From positions 141,624-205,623 of the IMG/VR virus record IMGVR_UViG_3300033067_001661: a DNA stretch of 64,000 nucleotides, one strand, 5' to 3'. The translations under genes and the position numbers were made by a program. Each line of letters opens with the position of its first letter. Position 1 is the first letter of the stretch. Positions 58,682 to 64,000 of this stretch are shown here, piece after piece. The DNA is from a virus. Lineage: Duplodnaviria > Heunggongvirae > Uroviricota > Caudoviricetes. The notes beneath the pieces are model-generated. The model searched no databases. It was not told the DNA's origin and worked only from the letters and a program-made list of their open reading frames with translations.

Positions 58682-59403
58682 CTATCGCCTCCCTTCATCT
58701 CTCGGTCGCTGCCTTCTATAGGAGGCAAGCCATATCTGTCTCTAAGATTAGGATTGAAGAAGCGATGACCTATTCTCTTTTGACCATGAAGAATAGTTAC
58801 GCCTTGGAGAATATCATTTAGCCCTGATAAAGCCCAGCCTCTCAATGTTTTACCATAATCTGAAACATTAGGGCTTGATTGAGAAGCAAAATACTTATCA
58901 TAGATACTAGCGGCAGCTAATCTTGCGCAAGCCAAATTGATAGCAGCAGGATATCTTACTCGAACAACCCTTGCTGTCTCGGCATGGTAAATACCAAGCA
59001 AAGGCTCCTGAAGCTCAATGGTTGTTGTATTGACAACGCTCGAAACAGTATGCCTCTCTTCTCCTAAAGCGTCAATGAATATCAAGGTATCGCCAGGATT
59101 TAGAGGAGAGGTTTTGTTGAGTTCGATTGTATCGTTATAAGCGTCTATATCAACAAGAAGAGAAAGCTCCAAATCAACCTTTTCGCACAAAGGAGTTAGA
59201 TAGAGTTCGCTAATGGCTGCATCTATCTGATCTCCTGCCCATGTAATGTATTGATACACAACATCATCTGGAATCGAGTTATTACTCTTATTCTTACCAA
59301 AAGTCCAAAGAGGAACCGGCTGACCATTCGCAACAGAATTCGTTGCAGAAGTTAAGGCCTGTGCTAGTATGTCATATACCTGTTGTGTAGTTGCATATCC
59401 CAT
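58678..59403 (-). CDS. Head-tail adaptor, Mu gp36/DUF1320-like, with an inserted beta-barrel module
   Basis: MGYATTQQV start, YITWAGDQIDAAISELYLTPL, PAAINLACARLAAASIY, ALSGLNDILQG. Confidence 0.75.
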   Translation of the reverse strand: MGYATTQQVYDILAQALTSATNSVANGQPVPLWTFGKNKSNNSIPDDVVYQYITWAGDQIDAAISELYLTPLCEKVDLELSLLVDIDAYNDTIELNKTSPLNPGDTLIFIDALGEERHTVSSVVNTTTIELQEPLLGIYHAETARVVRVRYPAAINLACARLAAASIYDKYFASQSSPNVSDYGKTLRGWALSGLNDILQGVTILHGQKRIGHRFFNPNLRDRYGLPPIEGSDREMKGGDR

Positions 59404-59416
59404 TTATCTTTCCTGT

Positions 59417-60484
59417 TTACGATAGTATCTTATCTAAAGGATCTTGGGAAGCTGCTTGCATTTCCTTCTTCTGCGTAATAATCGCCTGCGTCAACAAACC
59501 TTCTGCAACCGCATTTCTTGGACTCTTAGCGTGTCTTACTTCCTTAATCTGGAAAGGCAAGTTCATCCCTCTTACTATTTTCTCTAATTTCTGGCAAAAA
59601 CCCTTTGGCATACTTGTACCACCAGCAATAACAATATCAAGAGGCTGACTGAACTTGCTTTTAGACTCTTGGAACTTCTTTCCGAACAATCCAAAAACAT
59701 GCTCGATCATGGCGTCATAATAAGCATCAAGAGCAAAAGAAACGTCGTCGTTTTCGTCTAGCTTGTTGAAATCAAGCTTCTTTTCCTTAGTAGAAATGAC
59801 CTGAGAAAGAGGAACGCCCGTCTGCTCAGAAACTTGCTTATCAATCCAATCACCGCTTCGGGCAACAGACATTCCAACAACAGGCAATCCCTTATACGCC
59901 AAAAGACAGTTAACTCTACCCGCTCCAAAGCTTACGCCAATGCCTGAATAAGGAACAACCGTTCCGTCTTCTTCGGTCATAGTCGGTCTTTCGCTCAAAA
60001 CAACAGCATGAGCCTCTTCGATAACCTTTACCTTCCATCCAAGCCTTGTGAACAAAGCCGTCAAACGATTCTTGTGAAAAGTTGAATCAACGGAAGTATC
60101 AACAGACTCAGAACTAACGCATATACAAACCCATGAGTTAGAGTCAGGAGCCTGCCCAATAGAAGCCTTGATTATCTCAGCAAGAACAACAAGCTTCTTG
60201 TCTTCATTCTTGTTCAAAACTCCGTCAGCCATAGGCCTTCGTATTTCAACTTTGCCCGGGAATATGTTAGCGACCTTAATACAGTCGTCTCCAACTACAT
60301 AATAGTTATCGCCGTCTCTTACATATTGCCAACCATTGCTCTTAAGAGTATCTTCAATATCATCGTTCTTGGGAAGCTCAACAAAGGCATTCCTTGTATT
60401 TCTGACTTTGATAGCGCCGTCCGCCATTTCAGCCACTTGAAAAAACATCGTTCCTGGGTCAACTCCAATTGCTTTACTCGACAT
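59417..60484 (-). CDS. Actin-fold ATPase, volactin-like
   Basis: 355 aa; phosphate-1 IGVDPGT, RRPMADGVL, connect-1 IEEAHAV, phosphate-2 GVSFGAG, SVARSGDWID, adenosine IAGGTS, connect-2 PRNAVAEG; AAAGGAG SD. Confidence 0.88.
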   Translation of the reverse strand: MSSKAIGVDPGTMFFQVAEMADGAIKVRNTRNAFVELPKNDDIEDTLKSNGWQYVRDGDNYYVVGDDCIKVANIFPGKVEIRRPMADGVLNKNEDKKLVVLAEIIKASIGQAPDSNSWVCICVSSESVDTSVDSTFHKNRLTALFTRLGWKVKVIEEAHAVVLSERPTMTEEDGTVVPYSGIGVSFGAGRVNCLLAYKGLPVVGMSVARSGDWIDKQVSEQTGVPLSQVISTKEKKLDFNKLDENDDVSFALDAYYDAMIEHVFGLFGKKFQESKSKFSQPLDIVIAGGTSMPKGFCQKLEKIVRGMNLPFQIKEVRHAKSPRNAVAEGLLTQAIITQKKEMQAASQDPLDKILS

Positions 60485-60499
60485 CTCTGTTCTCCTTTA

Positions 60500-61066
60500 T
60501 TACAGCAATCCTTCTAATTCCTGTATGTTCTTCGTAACATCTTTATCGGTTGTTTGTTCTTCATGCTTTACCTTAGATTCAGCGTTACCAGCCAATCGGT
60601 TAACCATCCTCTTTTGTATGTCAACAAGCTTGCCCTGGTCAACGTCTTTAGCTTCTTGAGACTGAGCTTGCGGTTGCGAGTTTCCAACAATTGCCGTCAA
60701 ATTCTGAAGCGCAGCAAGAGCCTGGTTAAGAGCGTTTACATCAACGGCTGGTTGTGAATGAGATACCTTTTCATCAATCCTCTTGGTTAGCTTCTCTTCA
60801 AGCTGTTTTATCGAGTTGATAACATCCATTGAAGAGTTTTGCTGAGGTTGATCCGCCGCAGCAGCGGGCTGCATATTGATAGCCCCTGAATCTTTATTCA
60901 AACAAAGTAGAGATTTTGAAGAAAACAAAGACCTAAGACTTCTAGCTTGTTCAATGTAGAATCTAGAAGAAATCATATCTAAATCTATCGTATGTCCAGG
61001 CGAAAGAGTAACTCTTAACTCTGGTATATCAACATCATGTTTTGTAATGTTCTTTACAACAAACAT
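60500..61066 (-). CDS. Hypothetical protein: small N-terminal globular domain, Gln/Ala-rich coiled coil, amphipathic C-terminal helix; putative partner of the actin-like protein
   Basis: 188 aa; MFVVKNITKHDVDIPELRVTLSPGHTIDL N-terminus; INSIKQLEEKLTKRIDE coiled coil; ends DVTKNIQELEGLL; 15 nt from the actin gene. Confidence 0.7.
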   Translation of the reverse strand: MFVVKNITKHDVDIPELRVTLSPGHTIDLDMISSRFYIEQARSLRSLFSSKSLLCLNKDSGAINMQPAAAADQPQQNSSMDVINSIKQLEEKLTKRIDEKVSHSQPAVDVNALNQALAALQNLTAIVGNSQPQAQSQEAKDVDQGKLVDIQKRMVNRLAGNAESKVKHEEQTTDKDVTKNIQELEGLL

Positions 61067-61067
61067 A

Positions 61068-61289
61068 TTACATCCTTCTTGTTTTTGGATAAGCCGATGG
61101 CATCTGCTTAGAAAAATCCATTTCGTTCATCTTTTTACATGATTGACAAAGCCAATAAACCTTGGAATCTCCAAAGTTAAACTCTATAGTTGGATTCCTC
61201 TCATGATGCCTGCAATGTCCGCAAACGGCCATCATTCTACAAGAAATATCTTCAGGCTTAGAAAGATCCCATGCTTTGCTGTCTTCCAT
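61068..61289 (-). CDS. Small Zn-ribbon protein
   Basis: 73 aa with CGHC and CQSC; GGAG upstream; 1 nt from the next gene. Confidence 0.7.
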   Translation of the reverse strand: MEDSKAWDLSKPEDISCRMMAVCGHCRHHERNPTIEFNFGDSKVYWLCQSCKKMNEMDFSKQMPSAYPKTRRM

Positions 61290-64000
61290 TTATTGCTCCA
61301 GCGATTATTGCGTCTAACACACTTGTATCGACATTGAACTTTGCAAACTTTCCTCTCAACGATACAAGATTTGCAACTCTTCTATTTTGAGCGATCTTCT
61401 GCATCATTCTAATTCTAGAAGCAATCTTACCGGCAGCGCCTGCGTCTAGAAGCTCAGCGAAGAACAAGGCGTCTCTAGCAACAAGGCGAGAAGGACCATA
61501 CGGCCTCTTACCCTTTGGATCGATTGCCTCTTCTTGAGGAGTCTCTCTAAGCATGCTCTTAACTAACTCGTCAACCTTAACTTGAGGCTTGTTATGAACA
61601 AGAGTTTTCTTTACAAGACCCCTATTATAAGCATCTCTAAGATCTGGGAAATATCTCTCAGCAATCTGGAACAGCCTTCTGTCTGGCATCTCTTTTATAG
61701 AGTTTGAAATCTGACCGGGAGTGATACCGATATGCTTCAAGAACTGATCCTTAGATTCAAGCTTATTTCTTGCCAAGAAAGCAGGATTATCCATAGATTG
61801 CTCTATGTACCTTTCAAGATAGACTCTCAAAGCTTCAAGCTCTCTGCTTTGATCGACGTAATACTTCTTGTACTCGCTCTTATCAAATTCATCTATAACT
61901 CTCTTCTTAGAATCTCTAGGAAGCTTTGCAAAGTCAGCCTTACCCTTTACGTTGTTCAAGCCAGCGGCTGCTGCAAACTGAGCAACATATTCGTCTTTGA
62001 TAAATGAACCTGGATCGCTAAATTTCTTTTCTATATCCGTTGGAGTTGAGTACATTGTTTCAAGTATATCTCTTACCTTATCAAAGGTTGCAGTGATTTC
62101 TTGAGGAGTCATTGCCTCAATCTCTTCCTCAGTCTTACCAAGATCAACGCCTCTTCGAGCAAGCTGAGTAAGATAGTTCATCTTGTCGTCAAAAGAACCT
62201 CTGTTCGTCTTTGCCAAAAGAGAACCAACCGCTGCTGTCTCTGGGAAGAAACCTATAACCTCAACAAACGAAACCATTGTATCGTTGCCGTACTTATTGA
62301 TAAGCTCGGGATCTAACAATACGTCTCTAAGGCTTTCAAGATCTCCATAAGCCTTTTGTTTTATAATGTTTCTTGTGTTATTTACTTGATTATAAGCTGG
62401 ATCTTTTCTACTACCAACTTGCATGTTAGGAGGATAATCAACAGCACTCGACGTTAGTATTTCGTCATACGCTTGGCGAGGGTCTGCAAATAACTTATCT
62501 GCAACAGCCTTTTGAACTATACCAGCTACGTCAGGATTATCAAGAGCAAATGAGTTATCTGCAAGATGTTCAAGTTTGAATAGTTCGCTCCAGTCTTGAT
62601 TTAGAATGTTGATCATTCTTTCATCAGTAAGGTTGTTTATGCCTCTATTAGCTGCTTCAACAGTTTGGGCAACAGACTTCCTGCATGACTCTTGTATTCT
62701 AGACCAAAGAAGCATTTTACGAAGAGCATTAACCTTTTGATCTCTTGTTTCCTTTGTCAAAGGCGTTCTCTGATAAAACTGAGCAAGCTTACCATTTACG
62801 TCTGTAATAAACGAACTGAGCTTATTCCAGTTGTTTTGCAAACTCTGTAGCTTATCAAGTTCAACCGTATCACCCTTCTGAACTGGCAAGCCCTCAGGCT
62901 GCAAGCCCTCTTCTTTGAAGACGCTTTCTCCAAGTTCAAGACGGAAATCAGTTTTGAAATCTCTATCTGGGGTAATAGCGAATGGGTCTTTTTCGTTAGT
63001 TGAACCAGCGTCAGCGGCCCATTGCATTTCTTGAGACTTATCTGATTGCGCCGAACGAACAGCCTCTTGCAATACCCAATCAAAGAACTTATAGTGCAGA
63101 GGATTATCTTTGTCCGAAATAACACTCTTAAGTTCTTGAACGAGAGGTTCAAAATGCCTATGAACAACATTCATGGCATTTGCGTCATATCCGCTCTTGC
63201 CAACATTTCCAAGTATTTCATTCTCACCAGGATCAAGATCCGGACCAATACTATCAAGCATGGACTGTCTAGCATAAGGTTCTAAAAAGAATGACAAAAA
63301 CAACTCTTTGTTATTGGCATCGGCGCTGAAAAGCTTATCCTTGATGAATCCAATTGAATCAGAGTCAGCAAGAAGTTTGCTATTCACAAATGATTTAGAC
63401 TTATCTCCCCTACCCAAACGAGATTGCAAAATCAAATCCCTATCTCTAGAAGACAAAGGCTCGCCAAGGAGCATCTTGTATCTAATGAGACTTTCTTTGT
63501 CATTTCCGCCAAGATAGCTTTTCAAGAACAAGTTCTTGAGTTCTTCTCTTGAAGCGTCGTCAATACCGCTTGAAATAGTAGAACCAGTAAACTCTTCTTG
63601 AACCTCCTTAAGCAATGCAAGGTTATGATCGTTATGAGTAAACTGAGGCATCTGAGCAATAGTATCAAAAACCCTATTCGTCTTACCTTTACCCTCTTGC
63701 AAAGCTCTGTTTCGCTGAAACAAAGCGACAACTTGAGCCTTTGTTAGGTCTGGGTATTTTTGCTCTTGAGGAGTTTGAGCAACGTCCTCTTCGCCTGAAA
63801 GACTCTTCCTCTTTGACTCTTCAAACTTGTCTTTGAATATCTTCTCAAACAAAGTCAGAGCCTCTTGCTTTCTCCCTATTTCCTCGTCCGTCAAAGGCCT
63901 TCTATCAGGGCCAATTTCCGTTTCTGCTTCTTCGTCAACAAACGAGAGAAACATATCGAAAATCTGATCTGGAGTAATAGGGTTATAACTGGTATAGCCA
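61258..64000 (-). CDS. Large acidic alpha-helical hypothetical protein, 5' end beyond the window
   Basis: The 898-aa ORF stays open upstream of 63954 to the window edge (GYTSYNPITPDQIFDMFLSF...); no recognisable motif. Confidence 0.75.
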   Translation of the reverse strand, partial: GYTSYNPITPDQIFDMFLSFVDEEAETEIGPDRRPLTDEEIGRKQEALTLFEKIFKDKFEESKRKSLSGEEDVAQTPQEQKYPDLTKAQVVALFQRNRALQEGKGKTNRVFDTIAQMPQFTHNDHNLALLKEVQEEFTGSTISSGIDDASREELKNLFLKSYLGGNDKESLIRYKMLLGEPLSSRDRDLILQSRLGRGDKSKSFVNSKLLADSDSIGFIKDKLFSADANNKELFLSFFLEPYARQSMLDSIGPDLDPGENEILGNVGKSGYDANAMNVVHRHFEPLVQELKSVISDKDNPLHYKFFDWVLQEAVRSAQSDKSQEMQWAADAGSTNEKDPFAITPDRDFKTDFRLELGESVFKEEGLQPEGLPVQKGDTVELDKLQSLQNNWNKLSSFITDVNGKLAQFYQRTPLTKETRDQKVNALRKMLLWSRIQESCRKSVAQTVEAANRGINNLTDERMINILNQDWSELFKLEHLADNSFALDNPDVAGIVQKAVADKLFADPRQAYDEILTSSAVDYPPNMQVGSRKDPAYNQVNNTRNIIKQKAYGDLESLRDVLLDPELINKYGNDTMVSFVEVIGFFPETAAVGSLLAKTNRGSFDDKMNYLTQLARRGVDLGKTEEEIEAMTPQEITATFDKVRDILETMYSTPTDIEKKFSDPGSFIKDEYVAQFAAAAGLNNVKGKADFAKLPRDSKKRVIDEFDKSEYKKYYVDQSRELEALRVYLERYIEQSMDNPAFLARNKLESKDQFLKHIGITPGQISNSIKEMPDRRLFQIAERYFPDLRDAYNRGLVKKTLVHNKPQVKVDELVKSMLRETPQEEAIDPKGKRPYGPSRLVARDALFFAELLDAGAAGKIASRIRMMQKIAQNRRVANLVSLRGKFAKFNVDTSVLDAIIAGAINGRQQSMGSF

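Noticed and set aside
40417-59403. Extracellular contractile injection system or tailocin instead of a phage
   Set aside because: No sheath or wedge gene was recognised, and a head-tail adaptor, a frameshifted chaperone and homing endonucleases point to a phage.
59417-60484. Calling the actin-like gene mreB, parM or ftsA
   Set aside because: It has SFGAG rather than DIGGG at phosphate-2, no mreCD or fts neighbours, and no centromere-like repeat array nearby.
309-63731. The many short plus-strand and alternative-frame ORFs in the track (for example 10669..11112, 20314..20760, 54484..55107)
   Set aside because: They lie antisense to or inside long credible genes and show no recognisable motifs; treated as shadow ORFs.
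1-64000. Alternative genetic code (TAG or TGA read as sense)
   Set aside because: Standard-code ORFs are very long and abut each other; TGA and TAA are used as coupled stops, and no gene is fragmented by in-frame TAG.

Overview
The window is almost entirely a tightly packed, minus-strand virion morphogenesis region of a very large tailed phage (jumbo/huge-phage style). Reading in transcription direction (right to left): a large helical protein running off the right edge; a Zn-ribbon protein, a coiled-coil protein and an actin-fold ATPase that closely resembles haloarchaeal volactin; a Mu gp36-like head-tail adaptor and a tail-terminator-like protein; a plus-strand HNH endonuclease; a degenerate P-loop protein and a GT4 glycosyltransferase; the tail tube; a tail assembly chaperone with an unannotated programmed -1 frameshift and a paralogue; an inserted membrane-protein moron; tape measure; baseplate hub; then about 40 kb of giant modular tail-tip/adhesin proteins (FN3, Ig-like, beta-propeller, LamG, vWA, DUF642-like, glycoside-hydrolase-like barrels), interrupted by a second HNH gene and a second GT4. 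No tail sheath, tRNA, rRNA, CRISPR array or reverse transcriptase was seen. The best candidate for an undescribed system is the volactin-like actin module coupled to the neck genes. All family assignments come from reading motifs by eye, not from database searches.
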